Counted from the stretch's first letter, positions 12,986-26,893 are shown. The stretch: DNA of 64,000 bases from Callorhinchus milii (GCF_018977255.1 NW_024704743.1:113276001-113340000); one strand, 5' to 3'. Translations and numbers: made by a program. Notes: generated by a model from the sequence alone, not told the origin.

Positions 12986-13362
12986 TGTGGCAGCCTGGTT
13001 TCGTCAGCAGCACTCTGCTGTAAGTCAGAAGGTTGTGGGTTGAAGCTGCACATCGGGACTTTGAACTCATATAGTTTACGCTGACATTTCAATGTAGTGC
13101 TGAGGGGTTTGTTGCATTGCTGGAGGTGTCGTTCTTCGAATAAGATGTTAAATTGAATCAGATGTTAAAGAACCCATGACACTATTCAAAGAGAGAAGGT
13201 AATTTCTCCTGGTGTCCAAGCCAACAATCCCACCAAATAAAATTGTTTTTTTCATTTCATAGCTGTTTGTGGGACATTGCTGCACATAAATTGGCTGCTA
13301 TATTGATTGAGATATTCCCCCGAAGTGAAAGGAGCCATAGCAAATGCAAGGACTATTTATTA
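12986..13362 (+). mobile_element. Deu-domain tRNA-SINE, near full length
   Basis: Head GTCAGAAGGTTGTGGGTTGAAG, body GCTGACA...CCCATGACACTATTC...GTTTGTGGGACATTGCTG, and L2-like tail. Confidence 0.85.
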
Positions 13363-15359
13363 CATATTCTGTAAACCTTAAATGACTCACCCTGTGGCTG
13401 GCAACTCCATTGATGGCTGTCAAAGTCTTCGTAATAGCTTCAAGTCCAATCACTTTGCTAATGTGGGGGGAAGGGGAGTTCACATCTGCAGCTGGTGTTT
13501 GATCATCAACAGGTTTACAATTTTCAACACTGTGATAATTATATACCAGCAACAATTAGCAAATCACATTTTTAACTCCACAGACATCAGAACCTGAGTT
13601 TCGAACCACCTTTTACTGTCCTGTTATTTATTGAACTGGTGTAAAGCTGCCTCATTGTGAGGAGAGTATCCGTTTATTTTTCAAAAACAATTAAACTGTA
13701 TTATATCAGCGGCACTACTATTTATCACCTGTAAACGAGACTTGCATGCAAGCCTGTGAGTGATATTAGTCCTTATTCATTAGAACTAGATCATTATCTA
13801 GTGGTTAAGATTACTCATGAACAACTCTTCTGAGCTTTGCTTTAATTGCTCCACTTATTGTAAATTCAAAATTCAGAGCTGTCCATCAAGGAAGATAACT
13901 AGACAGAAGTGATTTCCCTGGTTGCAAATGCTGATTCGCAAAAATTCTATTCAGTTAATTACTACTGAACGTATCAATGTCAATGTTGCAATACATAAAT
14001 GATCCCTGGTTCATCTCCATAATATCCTTCTTAATCTCTTGCCCAGGAGCTCTGACCCATGAAGGAGAACTGGATTATTGGCAGGATTTGGAAGGGAGAA
14101 CTGGTGACTGGGTCTGAGATTTTTCCCTCTCAGCATCGAATGACCCTGCAAGCCCTAATATGCCAGGGTGCTAGCTAAACAAGTTTGTGTGGAGGATGTA
14201 CTCCACAAAAGTGGGTTGCGTGATTTTAGCCTGATTAAACTCCACCAGTACCCACACTTGAGTCCTCAAGTCTTGGCAATTTTCCCCTAAATTTTCTGGA
14301 AATAGGTAGGCAGAGCGCATCCCACCAAATGTTAGTTCCAGGATATTACAACATTTTTAGGAGTGTTTCAACAACAACTAACATTTACCGTAGCCCCGTT
14401 CATGTCGAGAGGACTTCTCATAATGTTTCACATAACTGATTGAGGTAGAGTGGGCAAGAGAGAGAGAGAGGAAAAGAGAGAGAGAACAGAATGGCATAAA
14501 GAAAAGTGGCCAAAAAGTACATTCTTAAGGCAGGTTTAACTCTCAGTTTAGTACCAATCAGCTTTCAAATAGTTTGCATTGCCATTACAGCAGTTATTGG
14601 AAAGTATTTTTTAATGAATGGCATAAAAACTGCCTAATTGGTAGGTATAAAACACGAAGTGGGTTAAAAATTCTCAAAATATTGGAAGACTGAGATGACA
14701 CCACAAAATGCAAGAATGAAGTCCAAACGGGTTATGAATCTCATTTCAATGTTGGATTGTGTTACGGCTTTCAAATAAATAGTTATGTATTGGCTGTGTT
14801 TTTTTTGGCTGATGCTTTAGTTGCGGAGACTCAGGCTGAGATTCAGCAATGTGGAGAACTGATTAAATGGAGTTAAATTTGGGACAACATTAATTAACAA
14901 TAAGATTGGCTGTCACTCTGGGTCTCACCTCAACGGTAACAAAACAAAATTCCTAAAAGGATATTAAAGAATTTTATTTGGCTGTCCATTGCTAAGAATG
15001 TAATATCTTCTAAATAATATAAAACCAGAGTAATGTACAATAGAAAATTATAAACGTTTGCTAACAAGATTTTATGTGCTCCAATGTGATCCGAGAGGAC
15101 ACTTAGCAAAAATAAACTGGAAAAATTGTTTCAGAATTTAACAGCTCCCTTTCCTACTAAATGTGTTGCAAATGGAAAATGTTTTAATTAATGCTATTAA
15201 ATTATGCTAGTTGTATCTTACTTGATCTGGCTGAAACATATTAAGGGGTGAAACTTGCGAACCTACTTCTCCAGTGAAAATTATCACAGCGTTGATAGTG
15301 GTCACGACAGTCAATAATAAAAAACTATTCTAGAACTTTGCAACCCATGTCTTCTCCTG

Positions 15360-15812
15360 CACTATGGACTGTGAGCCTATCATCTCCATTCTTGCTCAAC
15401 TCCATTAACTCCCCATTGGATTCAATTCAAGATCCTCATCCCCACCCAATTCCATGAGCTGCTGAACCCAACCACCACTGTTCAGGTAACAGCATTTTGC
15501 TTAATGCCCCCTACTCGAGCTTTCAGCCATTCTGTCCCCTCTCTCTGGAACTCCATCCTAGAGTCCTTCTGCCTCCCCTTCTCACTTTTAACAACAACAA
15601 GATTACACTTGTATTACATTTTAAAGCCTGACATAAGGTCTATATTTTCAACCACACTTTCGGTCATCTTTCCACCACCACCCCCCAACTCCCATCCAAC
15701 CTTATTCAATTACTCCCCCAACCAACAGCTCAGTTGCCCAGTCAGCTGTGTAAAGCAATCACTTTAAGATGTCCTGCCAACATGAAAGGAATTATGATAT
15801 AAATGCTGTTGT
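15360..15812 (+). mobile_element. Old, degenerate L2 3' portion
   Basis: TTCAAGATCCTCATC (FKILI), RAFSHSVPSLWNSI and a decayed tail. Confidence 0.75.
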
Positions 15813-16354
15813 AGATCAGTGAGGGTGATTCCCATCTACTTGTTTCTGTGATGAGAGTTGGGCCTAAGGCCACTAGTAATAATTAACCCACTGTGACTCT
15901 CATTTAACTCCAAAACAACTCTTTAGTGTACTGAGAATTGATGGAGAAGATTTTGGCAAGGATCAATGCTGTCATGGAAACAGATGGCAGCAACTAATTT
16001 ATTGCCAGCTATTTTGGTAACATAATGGTTTACAATAGAAGTTACTGGGCTACACACAACATAACACAATACTTGGAAGAACATTACTTTACAATAATTA
16101 TCATAATCATTGACATTTGTTTTGAAGTGGCAAAGTGATTCTAAAGTTCAATGTACATTTCAGTGAGGTAAAAATCAGAAGTAGGAAAAATATCCTTTAT
16201 GCAAAAAACCATAAAGAATTTATAGATTTGCTTCATTATCAAAATATCTCACCAGATCTTCTATTGAGATTACACGATAAGATTTCTGAATATTAGCATA
16301 TTTTATGTGGTCCAATGTAAACCAATGGGACACCTTCCAAATTAATATAGATTA

Positions 16355-16712
16355 ATTATAATCCTTGCATTTGATATAGCACCTTATAACATCTTCAAGA
16401 CTTCTCAAAGCGCTTCACAGAATACTCTGTAAAGTGAATTGACTGTATATTTTGTGGGCGAAACACGGCAGCCAATTGCGCACAGGAGTCCCACAAACAG
16501 ACTTGGATTGAGTAACCAATTTTTTTAAGAGATTCATAACCCCATGAAAACAATCCACCAATCAACTAACAACCAGGTTCCTATTTACTGCTAGGTAAAT
16601 AAAGGCGTGTGGAGTAAGGAAACTTGCCCAACATTTTACCCTACCTGGGAATCGAATCCAGGTCCTTTTGATTGTGAGGTGAGTGCTCTAATCAATATGT
16701 TACAGGATTCCA
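16355..16712 (-). mobile_element. tRNA-SINE family A, long form
   Basis: Reverse complement of TGGAATCCTGTA...TTGGGCAAGTTTCCTTACTCCAC...TACCTAGCAGTAAATAGGAACC...ATCAAATGCAAGGATTAT. Confidence 0.9.
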
Positions 16713-18297
16713 TAAAGTGATTTTAGTAGTGCAGATGTCACTGATAGTGAAAATAGCTGCTTTATTTGTAAATTTATCTGTGATAAACACGCATATGCCC
16801 TTTAATTTCTGATTCCATTAAATCTGTTTTGATATTGGAATTCCTGGCTTTTACTGCAGAAACTCTTCATACCAGTACTTTTTTAAAAAAATGTAGGACG
16901 AATAAGTTATTTCCAGGGTATCTTAAATTATTCTTCATTTTTGCTTTAAAATTTGTAATCTCTTCCCTTCTTCTGACACCTACAAGTACGATGACAACTG
17001 AATTTGCCATGCTTTGCATCCAACATTCACGTTTGTCCACATCAACCGATCCATCATCCGAAAGCAGTACATTTGAGGACGTAGAGATGAGATTAATAGT
17101 TTTGCTGTAGTGATCACAAAGCCAGTTCTCTTGCAGCTTCTAATGAATGATCCCTTAATCTGATTTAAAGAGCCTTGGTCACCTGCTAACATTCACTGCA
17201 TAGTCAGAAATGTTTTCAGTTCTTCTGAAGTTTGATATGGGTTACATAAAACTCTTACAAGTCAATTCAAGGGCAATATAAAAGATGCAAATGAATGCCC
17301 ATGGCCATGGTAGAAGCACCAGCAGTAGCTGTTCAAGAGCTCAGCAACTCCTGACCTCACTGGTCTCTCTTGCTCAACCAGCCATAAACTCCAACTTATC
17401 CAAAGGTCCACTGCCTGAATCTTTACCCGTTCTGAGATGTTGTAGTATGTGAAGTGCGCTATATAAATTATGGTTGTTGTAAGTTGTTGTTCTTGCTGAA
17501 CTCTCCACCCCCAAGTTAACATTTGTAATGTGTAGCTTACTGTTACAACAATGCATTGATGATAAAAATAAAAATTAAAAATAACTCAGAGACCTTTTCA
17601 GCAGCAGAGAATGTGTCATGTAGATGGGCAACATTCTAGCAGTGTTAGGATAGCAATCATTGTGGGAGATCCACAGAACATAGCTGACCATTCACTCATA
17701 CTCTAATAAAGCTCCAAGCTGTACATGATAAATACTACAGTCTGACATAACCTAAAGCAGAGAACTGCTATGTTGGCCTTTTGCTGTAATGAACATGAAG
17801 AGAAATAATTCAGTCACTGAACAGGACATGATGTTCATTTTTTAGCATCATAGAGCAGCCAGTGAATGCAATGGTAGTGTAAGGAAAATGGTCAATATTT
17901 TCCTATCTGTGCTCTACTCTATAATCTTCTCCATTCCTGATGTCCAGCCCGACTTTTCCTCTCTTCTGCCTATGGGTTTACACGTCATATTATAGTGTCC
18001 AACAAATATGAAGATACTGTATATTTCTTTGACAGTGGCTTTAATTATCTTTGGTATAGTGGGGGCCACAGTACTGGAAGAATGATTCATTTGTTTGCCA
18101 CTTTTTTGGGTTATTCCGTTATGTAAATAGCATGATATAAATGCAAGTTATAAATGCAATAATTTGCCAATGAATGTATATACAATTTTAAAGGTATGTG
18201 GACAAGTCAATACGAGGGTTAATACATTTTCCTTTCACCATAAGGATGTGGATTTCAATGAAGCTAGAATCCTCACTATTCTCTGTAAAGATGATAT

Positions 18298-18470
18298 ATT
18301 TTGGTCACTCAATCCACGACTGTTTGTGGGTCACTGCTGTGCATAATTGGCTGCTGTGTTTCACTTTCAGAATATATAATCAATTCAGTTTACAGTACAT
18401 TCTGTGAAGAGCTTGGAGACATCTCGAAGACATAAAGCGCTATATCAAATACATGGATTCTTATTATTAT
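18298..18470 (+). mobile_element. tRNA-SINE family A, 3' half
   Basis: TTGGTCACTCAATCCACGACTGTTTGTGGG...GCGCTATATCAAATAC. Confidence 0.85.
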
Positions 18471-18954
18471 ATGTAAAATGATTTCAGATTTCTCACTCCA
18501 CTTCCTAGAGAGCTCTGGCTCACAAGACAAAGCTACCTACATTTGCGCGTAGGACATGCTCAACTAATATTGGCTTTAAGGTTGTGATAGAGTCAGGGGA
18601 GGTTCACTCTGTTTCTGCTGGTACTATTCCTGACTGGGGAGTGCTTGATGTTATCAATCTTGTTCAAAATAGCACAAGTGCTTTGTTCGAGCTTGAAATC
18701 CACGGTTGAAGCCATGGCATTGATGGCTGACACTCCAATTTAATGGTCATCAGTTTGTGAGTTGTGATTTTCTAGCTGGGTCACTAGTTGAAACCTCAGA
18801 AAAGAAAACATGTTCCCTCGTGGATTGAGAAATAACAGCTCCCTTGAACTAGTGGGGAGTTAAGAATTACCCATTTCTTCTCTAAAAACAACATTGCCTT
18901 CCCTTTTTACCTGCTAAAACTTTACTAAAATGTAATAAAGGAGGTATGTCTAAA

Positions 18955-19290
18955 CAAACAAACAAAACCAACAAACAAATCACACTTATGTAGTGACTTT
19001 CACATCGGGAGAATGTCCCAAGGCGCTGAACAGCCAGGGATTTGGACCCGAGCAGGAATCAGGAGGGGTGGAGGGGAGTGAGATTGGGGGTGGCCAAAGG
19101 CATGGTCGAAGAGGAGGATCTTGAGACATGCCTGGAAGGAGGCAAGGGAGGGAGTGAGGCAAAGGGAATGTGGGATGGAGTTCCAAAGGGTGGGGGCAAC
19201 GAGGCTGAAGGCCCGACTGCCGATGGGGGAGCGGGCTGGGTGGGACACATGGAGCAGGACGCAGCCTGCTGAGTAGAGGGAACGGACAGG
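18955..19290 (-). mobile_element. L2 LINE 3' portion
   Basis: IGSRAFSLVAPTLWNSIPHSL...LKILLFDHAFG plus stem-loop tail. Confidence 0.9.
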
Positions 19291-19612
19291 TTGATATGGC
19301 TAGGTGGAAAGAAGGAAAAGAGATAGTGGAATTTTCCAGGTAAATCTTTTTTTTCCTTTGAAATGGTGATTTTTTTCCCCTGTATTTTCACTTCTCTGAA
19401 AAGGGCAGTGAGTTGATCTGCACCCAGAGAAATGTGCAGGTAAATATTGGTGCATACCATCTGGAATGTGGAGTGGGTGGATTCTCCCAAGAGAAAGGGC
19501 ACTGAGCCATTTTTTGCTCTTTCATGTCTTATACAAACAGCTTCAGCACATATGCAATAGCAACAGAGCAACTGCACTTACATTCAGCATCACAAGCTCA
19601 ATTCTAAAGAAT

Positions 19613-19702
19613 TACAATACAATACAAAATTACATTTGTAAAGCGCCTTTCACATCGGGAATACGTCTCAAGGTGCTGAACAGTCAGGGATTAGGACCCG
19701 AT
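19613..19702 (-). mobile_element. L2 tail-only insertion
   Basis: ACAATACAATACAAAATTACATTTGTAAAGCGCCTTTCACATCGGGA... Confidence 0.75.
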
Positions 19703-21254
19703 TACATTAGGTTGTTTTATTACTGTATTTTACTTGACTGCAATTTAGTATAATCACTCCGCTTCCTCATGCAGTCAGACTTAGACCAGTATAAATTGGA
19801 CAAAACATAATAATGCAATTATTCAAGGCATGGATATTATTAAAAATGAATCTTTAAAGGGACACAGTCTTCAAATTAATATTTGGAAAACATTTGCATT
19901 TGTTTATATATTTATACAGCCTTCCTTTCACGTTGGGAGAATGTCTCAAAGCACTTAGCACTGCAGGCTGGGCACCTGAGCTGGGAGTGGGGAGAGAGGT
20001 CTTGAGACGGACCTTGAACAAGGTTTAGAGACAGACAAGACCTAAAATTTAGTGAAGGTGTGATGAAGTACACCAAAAATGCCTGATTTGTGAGCTGCAC
20101 GGTCACGAGAAAATATGATTCACAAATCTTCTCCATCCCCAAAACAAAAAGATTTGACAGACATTTTTCATGAAGTCCCTTTAACAGCAGAGGTCAAACC
20201 AAATCAAATCATTCATGTGGAATGTTATGTACTGCAGACCAAAAGCACCATAGATTTCAGACTTATTTTTGACTCAAATATTGACTGTATATCTTGGACT
20301 TGAGGGCTTCATCAGAAACAGTTTTATTTAATATATAATATATTGAATTCATATTTTGAGTATTTGATTTGGAACAGAAGATAGATAGTTTAAACAATCA
20401 CTGATATCATGGATACCTCTTTAAACAGTTGTAAAACTCATGATTAATATTTGCATATGTTTTGTTGATTTGTATGCATTTTCTGTTGACCTTAAATATT
20501 TTTGTTTAACAAGCGAATACTGATGACATCATTGGGAGGCCTTTGAAATATTCCAAGTTTGATGATGTGAAGCATCTAAATCATACTGATCTGAAATTTT
20601 AGGTTAACTGAGGTATCAAGAGTTAACAGAAATATTCTAGGATGAACACTCTTTCTGCCTGATGCATTTTCCCTTTATCAGCAGGAAATAAGAAAAGGTA
20701 ATTTAACTCATCAGCTTCACTCCACGAACTATCAGTGGAAGCCACACTTCTGTATAAGGAAGAACTATTAAAATATTTAACAAATCCTGTTATTCCTTAC
20801 GTTTCTCCAACTTGTTATTGATCTTTGCAAACTGTACTTTACTGCTAGCTTGTCCCTAAGCATAGAAAAACTTTGAGGATGTCCTTTGAAAGCTCAATAC
20901 AACTTTTGAAGCACCATTTCCTAACTCAGATTGTAAAATACATAAATGTCTGAACCTTCAAACCACCCCCCCACCCACCCACATCGCCCACAAAAGTTGA
21001 CACATAATTAAACCTCAGATCCTGGTTTTACAATGTTCTTTTCACACCTCCTTAACAAAAAGGAGACACACTGTCTCTGAAAATCTGCTTGTCAATTGGT
21101 TTTCACAGATTTAAGAAGCTTGGGTCCTTAAAGCAGGGAGATCATCTTTTTCATCTTTAACCTACCTACCCTAAACCACCCCCCGAATTAAAACTCGTTA
21201 TAAAAGTCCAATACGATGTTGCATTTATACTCCATTTTGACCCAATTAGGAATT

Positions 21255-21835
21255 TAAGAAACTAGAAACAGAAGAATTCACAGAATTCAGCCCATCAAGT
21301 CTGTTTCATCATGGACTGTTTTAGGATTCACATCCTATAAACTCTCCTGACTGATGTAACACCACATCCCTTAAAGTAGTTTCTCTACAAGTATCTATCC
21401 ATCTCTTCCTTAAACTCCTCCACTGATTTCCCATCTATAGTGGCGCTGAAAGAGAAGCAAACAGCGGTTTTCGAGAAAAGTATTCAAAAATCCTTATAAT
21501 AATCCTTACATTTGATAAAGTTGGTGCCTTTCATGTTGCGAGAATCTAATTGTTGTTCATATTATTATTATAGATCATTCCTTTAACACTGGGGTTCATT
21601 CTCAGTCAATCACTGAAATGTCTTTCAGCTTTACCTCGGCATGTTCTATCCCATTCATGGAGCAGATATGCCTTACAGTCATCCTTCCTCTATGCAGTAC
21701 TTTCCATTTTGAATATCATTTGCCAGTCATCAGCCCTGGTGCATAGCTCTGGTTCTTTTTGTAAGACCTTTGCTGCCTCCTCTGATTCCACATATCCCCC
21801 CAACTTGATGTCATTTACAATATCTTATACTTGGT
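21255..21835 (-). mobile_element. Degenerate CR1 LINE fragments
   Basis: CR1-type 3' end at 21255-21440; 21640-21830 is a decayed version of the (F)ADDTKLGG...WA..WQM.F RT region. Confidence 0.65.
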
Positions 21836-22659
21836 TATAACCACAGCCAACTCCTCTGACTGCAGTGATGCAAATCCAACTTTTAAACTTAAGAAAGGTT
21901 GATATTTAAAACTTCTCGGGTGTTCGACTGAAAAACACTTAAGCTTTTTAACATTACTGTACCATAGTGTTGGCGTACTCCCAGCTCTTTAATAGCTTTA
22001 AATGCTAACTGGTATTAGCCACTGTTTATCAGAGTTCCGTAGGGGGCAAACTTCAAATCACTTCCTTACAAATAATGCATTAAATTGGTGCCTATAATAT
22101 AACTCTGGCACTGATGCTGCACTTCCACAAAAATGCATGTATAGTGGCACAAAACCAATTTATGAATCTGAAATTTACCAATCATTCATCATTTTCTCTT
22201 TCTCTTTGTTGTCAAAAAATGCATAATAAATGTTTGTGGAGCAGTATGTTCAAATCTTAAACACTGCAAGTGAACCCTCTAGCAATTAAAGAGTTAATCT
22301 CACAAGTTGGTCAGGGTACAGGTTTGATTTACAATCCAGTGCAATTTATATTGCTGATTTACAGTCACTGCTTTTCACTTCCTATTAAACACTGCAACAA
22401 TATACAGTGTAATATTCCATTTGGACTCTGGTTTTTCTGTGCTCTTTCTTTGGCCCTTGTGAATGCAGATACAATTTCTTTTTGGCCAAGGAAAACGTGG
22501 ATTTCTGCCATTCCTGGCAGATTGACACAAGCAAAACACAGCTATGTTTAACAGAGAGAACTTAAGAGTCCAATGGAAGGCTGAAATGTACAAAGTAAAA
22601 ACAAACATATTTCAGGTTAAACAAAATGTTGGGCTTGGCATGGGGAGGAACGAACTACA

Positions 22660-22855
22660 GACAGGGCAAAGGGAATGAGAATAATCTCCAGTGTTAGCAG
22701 GATGAGCTGTGAATAATGACTAGACAAGGTTCAGGGTTGTCAAGAACAGATCCAGCAAGTACTTCTTTACAATGAATGTAATCAACAGCTGCTAGGAAAG
22801 GGCACTAAACACATTTAAGAAACAATTTGATGCTGTAATTGGAAGAAGATAGGAT
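22660..22855 (+). mobile_element. Degenerate CR1 fragment
   Basis: AGGGCAAAGGGAATGAGAATAATCTCC...ACTTCTTTACAATGAATGTAATCAAC...TTTAAGAAACAATTTGATGC. Confidence 0.5.
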
Positions 22856-22886
22856 GGTACTTTTGAAAGATGAAATCAAATGGGTC

Positions 22887-23257
22887 AACAACAACAACTT
22901 GGATTTATATAGCGCCCTCCACGCCGGACGGCGTCTCAGAGCGCTTTACAGTAATGGGTCCCGGGGCCGAGCCGGGGGAGGGGGGGGGGAAGGTGACCAA
23001 AGGCATGGTTGAAAAGAAAGATCTTCAGCAGAGACCTGAAAATGGGAAAGGAGGGAGCGAGGCGAAGGGAGTGAGGAAGGGAGTTCCAGAGCCTCGGGGC
23101 ATAGTGGCTGAAGGCACGGCCGCCGAGGGTGGAGCTGAGGACTTGGGGGATGAGGAGGAGGCCCGACCCGGAGGAACTGTTTTGAGGAGAGGAGGTCAGA
23201 GAGGTAGGGGGTGCAGAGGAGTGCAGGGACTTGAATACAAGGGTGAGGATCTTGAAT
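22887..23257 (-). mobile_element. L2 LINE 3' portion (same subfamily as 1-203)
   Basis: FKILTLVFK...GGRAFSHYAPRLWNSLPHSLRL...; ACGCCGTCCGGCGT loop and (TTG)n tail. Confidence 0.92.
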
Positions 23258-23461
23258 ACAGGGGTCAAGGGGCCTTCTTCATCCATGCCTCTTCTGCATT
23301 GATGAATTGGATTAACAAAGAGAAATGTTATTTTCCCATCATCCATATATTGAACTCATGCCACGCTCCAGCACTCCCATTGGTAGAGAGCGTACTCCAG
23401 AGAGTTGCACACTTCAAATATATCCAACTTTCAAAGAGAAGCAATAAACTATGTTTAGGGA

Positions 23462-24010
23462 CTCTCCCCCTCTGGCCTACCTCCCGCATTGGTTTATCCT
23501 CCTCGCTCACTCTCCTTCACAACTCCTTAACCACCACTCTTGATTCTCTTGCCCTTCTCATCTCCCGAACCGCCTCCTACTCACGAACCTCATCCTGGTA
23601 CACCAGCCACCTCCGCTCCTTCAAGGGTCAGGTGTGGGTTTCCAAACGCACCTGGCTTATGTCTGACCTGACGATCCACCGGCAGATCTGGCTGGACCAC
23701 ATCAAAACATACTGCTCCACCCTCGCCTCCGCCATATTATCTTTCTCCTCCGAGATAATCTTGGAGGCAAAGGACAACCCCAGTATCCTATTCTCCACAA
23801 CCAACCAGCTCCTCCATCCACCCTCCTATGCATCACCCGTTCTCTCCTCAAGTTCTGACTGAGGAGATGCTGGATTTCTTCGAGCCCAAAATCCCTCGCT
23901 CCACATTTTCGAATCTGTCTCCCCCTCCTCTCCTTACTTCCCAGTTCCACCTCCTCACCCCTCTACTCTCTGACACCACCAATCTCTCCCTTTCATCTGG
24001 CACTGTTCCC
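23462..24010 (+). mobile_element. L2 internal fragment (between endonuclease and RT)
   Basis: SWYTSHLRSFK...LTIHRQIWLDHIKTY...EAKDNPSILFST; homologous to 4873-5300. Confidence 0.88.
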
Positions 24011-24046
24011 ATGAAATACCCACAGGCAAATCCACAAATTGTTTCT

Positions 24047-24830
24047 ACAACAACAACAAAATTATATTTGTAAAGCGCCTTTCATGTCAGGAGGACATTC
24101 CAAGGCACTGAACAGTCAAGGATCAAGACCTGAGCGTGGGGTGCAGAGTTGGGATGAGGGAGGGCAGAGGGGGTAGGAGGGTGACTGAAGGCACAGTCAA
24201 ATAGGAGGGTCTTGAGTCATGCCTTGAAGGAGTCAAAAGAGGGAGCAAGGTGAAGGGATTGTGGGATGGAGTTCCAAAGTATGGGGGCAGAGAGGCTGAA
24301 AGCCCGGCCACCAATGGTAGGGCTGGTCAGGTGGGAGACATGGAGCAGGCCGGAGCCTGCTGAGCGGAGGGAGCGGACAGGTTGATAGGGGGTCAGCAGG
24401 TCAGAGATGTAGGAGGGTGCAAGGCCGTGGAGGGCCTTGAAAGTGAGGACGAGGATTTTGAATTCTATCCTCTGGGGTATGGGGGGACCAGTGGAGCTGG
24501 GCGAGAGTGGTGGTGATAGATCACGAAGCCTGGTGCGAGAGAGTACACAAGCTGCAGAGCTCTGGATGATCTGCAGCTTGTGGAGGGAAGAGTTGGGAAG
24601 ACCGTCAAGCATGGAACTAGCATAATCAAGTCTGGATGTGATGAATGTGAGGATTAGGGTCTCGAGGACCGAGGGAAGAGGCAGTGGTAGAGCCAGGCAA
24701 TCTTGTAGAGATGGGGGAAGGCAGAACGGGTCATGGCACGGACATGTGGTATAAAGGAAAACTGAGGTTCAAACAAGATGCGAAAGTTCCATACGGGGTC
24801 AGTGAGGCATAGAGTGCATCCAAGTGTAGA
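24047..24830 (-). mobile_element. L2 LINE 3' portion
   Basis: ORFs 24217-24612 and 24654-24848 carry L2 C-terminal motifs; stem-loop and (TTG)n tail. Confidence 0.92.
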
Positions 24831-25264
24831 AGGCATTTCATTGCCCAATCTACATTACATTTTAAAATATAAAAGCTTGCTTGATTGTGGAATAGGCTGA
24901 TGTAATAAACTTAATTTGCATCAACTAGCAAGACCTTCATTTGTTTGCTGTATTTATTTCCAAGGATATAACTCTACCTTTGATAGAAGGCAAGCTTTTG
25001 CATGCATCTTACTTGCAAAATTTACATGTCTGAGAAAATCGTATACAGGTAAGGTTACTGAATGCCTCAACCCTAGAACTGGTCCTTCCCACAAAACCTC
25101 TTAAGAGCAAGGAAGCAAACATTATCCCCCACCTCCAGAAAAGATGAGAAGGACACCAAGTACATCCACAGCATCACTGATACTTGAGATCTGGGGAAAA
25201 GCCTCCACCTCGTTGAAAATACCACTAGCCACCCTGCACACCCAAAGGCATTCATTGTAAACAG

Positions 25265-25505
25265 ATTGCCCATCTCCAGGTTCGACTTCAAATGCCCTGC
25301 ACGCTGGATTCCCAAGTTCCTCCCTACACAAGCTGCAGATTATCCAGAAGTTTGCAGCCCATGTCCTCTCCTGCTCTCAGCTCCACGAGCCCAGCCTCAC
25401 TCAGGTCCACAAACCGACCCCTTGCCTTCCTCACCTTCAAAGCCTGCCTTAGGATTTACCATCCCAAACTGACACCCCTTAAACTGAATCCCCAGAACAC
25501 TGAAT
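25265..25505 (+). mobile_element. Scrambled, degenerate L2 fragments
   Basis: ATCTCCAGGTTCGACT...CACAAGCTGCAGATTATCCAG (ISRLD/LHKLQIIQ), followed by an LKLNPQNTE-like piece. Confidence 0.6.
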
Positions 25506-25910
25506 AGTTCAGAAAAGACACCTTCATTTGTTGTATTTTGACTCCTTGATGGCAGACAACATGAAGCATCTCGTTAAATTTATTGCAGTGTTTATTCAGA
25601 CGAGTCAATGATTACATTTTAATTGACTTGATGTTTCAAATCACAAATGGCACAGCTGTGTGGACACAAAATGTGGCACTATCCGTGAGCGACTAGTAAA
25701 GCTGCTAAAAGCAAACAGAAGTCGGACAGACCTTGTGGGTGGAATTATTGCTCATTTCCTATGAGTGATAAGAATATCACCCCTTCCCCCCTACCACACA
25801 CACACACACCTGGAATAAAAATGTACTGAGAATTGCAGTAAATATTAATCACTTATATATCACTTCCATTAACCATTCTGACTGAAATATTTTACTACAT
25901 TATCTGACTT

Positions 25911-26600
25911 AACAACAACAACAAAATTACATTTCCATTGTGCTTTTCACGTCAGGAGGATGTCCCAAGGCGTTGAATAGTCAGAGTTTTGGACCCAAAC
26001 TGGGGGTTGGGTTCGGGGAGGGTGGAAGCAGGGAGATCGAAAGCACGGTTGAAGAGGAGGGTCTTGAGATGGGTCTTGAAGGAGGCAAAGGAGGGGGCGA
26101 GGTGGAGGGACTGCAGGATGGAGTTCCAGAGGGTGGGGGCAGAGTGGCAGAAGGTCCACCCTCCAATAGTGGGGCGAGCGAGGCGGGGGACGTGAAGCAG
26201 GCCGGAACCCGCTGAGTGGAGGGAGCAAGCAGGATGGTAGTGGGTTAGGAAGTCGGAGAGGTGGGGGGGAGCAAGACCATGGAGGGCTGTGAAGTTGAAG
26301 ACCAGGATCTTGAACTGTATCCTGTGTGTGAAGGGAAGCCAGTGGAGTCGGATGAGGATGGGGATGATAGGGTCACGGAGCCTGGTGCGGGAGAGGACGT
26401 GGGCTGCAGAGTTCTGGATGATCTGCAGCCTATGAAGAAAGTAGTTGGGGAGGCCGACAAGCAAGGAGTTTGCATAGTCGAGCCTCGATGTAATGAAAGC
26501 GTGTATGAGGGTTTCGGCAGCCTGCGGTGTGAGACAGGAGCCGGGTGATGTTGCAGAGGTGGGGGAAGGCAGAGAGAGTCATGGCACAGCTGTGGGGTGA
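25911..26600 (-). mobile_element. L2 LINE 3' portion
   Basis: ORF 25952-26464 (LHWLPFTHRIQFKIL, LWNSIL) and tail. Confidence 0.93.
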
Positions 26601-26835
26601 AGTACGTGTGAACTTCAAATTTCAGGTACTATATTTGGGATGTGCGAGGTGGTATCATTCATTAACAGTTTGCAGGCAGTTCTAATCGAAAATAATGATG
26701 ACAAAGTTGGGCTTAGTTTAGGATTTTGCCTAAAGCAAAGTGGAATACGAAAACAATCGTAATCTTATCCCAATATATAATTAATTCATAATATTATAAT
26801 ATTTAATTAATTATTGCTGTTACATCCTATTCTAT

Positions 26836-26893
26836 AAGCACTCCGGGACACTACCCCGCGTAAAGGGCGCTATATAAAAGCAAGTTGTTGTTG
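26836..26893 (+). mobile_element. L2 tail-only insertion
   Basis: AAGCACTCCGGGACACTACCCCGCGTAAAGGGCGCTATATAAAAGCAAG(TTG)n. Confidence 0.7.

Noticed and set aside
22870..23862. 330-aa plus-strand ORF
   Set aside because: Chance read-through of antisense L2, a spacer and a sense L2 fragment; not a coherent protein.
22887..24830. Twin-priming inversion among adjacent opposite-strand L2 pieces
   Set aside because: The pieces belong to different subfamilies or face the wrong way, and unrelated sequence separates them.
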